Shown: positions 31,811 to 32,000 of the stretch, piece after piece
Layout of the letters: each line of letters begins with the position of its first letter
Position numbering within the stretch: position 1 is the first letter of the stretch
NCBI GenBank assembly: GCA_025839675.1
Contig: CP104013.1
Coordinates: forward strand, 5,970,001-6,002,000
Direction of reading: 5' to 3'
Source: Candidatus Lokiarchaeum ossiferum
GTDB lineage: Archaea > Asgardarchaeota > Lokiarchaeia > Sigyniarchaeales > Promethearchaeaceae
DNA: 32,000 nt
The notes under the pieces: generated by a model
What the model saw: only the letters and a program-made list of their open reading frames with translations
Database searches by the model: none
Told to the model about the DNA's origin: nothing
Made by a program: the position numbers and the translations under genes

Positions 31811-32000
31811 TCATTTATCTTTCAAATCAATTTGTCCAAAAACAATTATACTTAAAATGATGAGAAATATGGGCATTAGCAATTCTGGATAAATTTGTCT
31901 AAATAGAGAAATAAATTCCACAGTATTCCCATCTATAGTTTTTGGTCTTAAGTAATTAATTTGCGAATCCATTAGAAAACGGATAGTAATATTACTTAAA
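31811..32000 (-). CDS. 3' end of a minus-strand ORF entering from beyond the window (C-terminal TM tail)
   Basis: The reverse strand is open from the window edge: LSNITIRFLMDSQINYLRPKTIDGNTVEFISLFRQIYPELLMPIFLIILSIIVFGQIDLKDK-stop (TGA complement at 31811-31813). The hydrophobic segment MPIFLIILSIIVFG suggests a C-terminal anchor. The ORF is not in the supplied track because it has no start in the window. Confidence 0.3.
   Translation of the reverse strand, partial: LSNITIRFLMDSQINYLRPKTIDGNTVEFISLFRQIYPELLMPIFLIILSIIVFGQIDLKDK

Noticed and set aside
1-32000. Search for CRISPR arrays, tRNA/rRNA genes, reverse transcriptase/DGR components and integrase/att sites
   Set aside because: I saw no regularly spaced direct repeats, no tRNA-like GC-rich cloverleaf segments (no GTTCRANNC-type T-arm context), no RT motifs (YxDD) and no tyrosine/serine integrase ORFs other than the IS110 recombinase.

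Overview
This is an AT-rich window (roughly one-third GC by eye) that looks like an accessory region. It is most likely archaeal: TATA-like boxes end about 21-26 nt upstream of many start codons, implying leaderless mRNAs, an internal operon gene has an SD-like GGAG, and there are N-glycosylation-sequon-rich beta-helix surface proteins. An Asgard/Lokiarchaeia-like source is a guess I cannot verify. No rRNA, tRNA or CRISPR array was seen. Left part (1-12.3 kb): a DtxR-family repressor cut by the window edge, a radical-SAM-like protein, a GNAT, an LMW protein-tyrosine phosphatase, a frameshifted APH-like kinase, a 634-aa metallophosphoesterase, an alpha/beta hydrolase, an LVIVD/TSP3 surface protein and a C45 Ntn-hydrolase. 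Middle part (12.3-19.7 kb) is heavily rearranged. It holds a duplicated 3' fragment of the LVIVD gene, an intact IS110-family element with a structured non-coding end (candidate bridge RNA), two decayed 3' fragments of a paralogous gene family, and an IS4-like DDE element. Right part: a same-strand cluster (19.7-26.4 kb) of three right-handed beta-helix surface proteins plus a small TM adaptor protein, then acetyl-CoA synthetase, two unknown aromatic-rich proteins and a GIY-YIG/NUMOD3 homing-endonuclease-like gene with a decayed catalytic N-terminus. The most interesting signal is a family of single-pass membrane proteins, with 3 intact genes and 2 fragments in 32 kb. Their cytoplasmic helical-repeat domain ends in an invariant extreme-C-terminal peptide, [YF][ILM][ED]xLDx[DN]Fx[EDY]W-x7-[LFV]GKKx-COOH. 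In one member this domain is fused to a beta-helix ectodomain, and in the others it is encoded next to beta-helix proteins. I do not recognise this motif or domain. It looks like a conserved cytoplasmic docking peptide of a surface-to-cytoplasm linkage system. Each family gene is followed by a multi-copy CT-rich flank repeat that carries a conserved promoter-like box.
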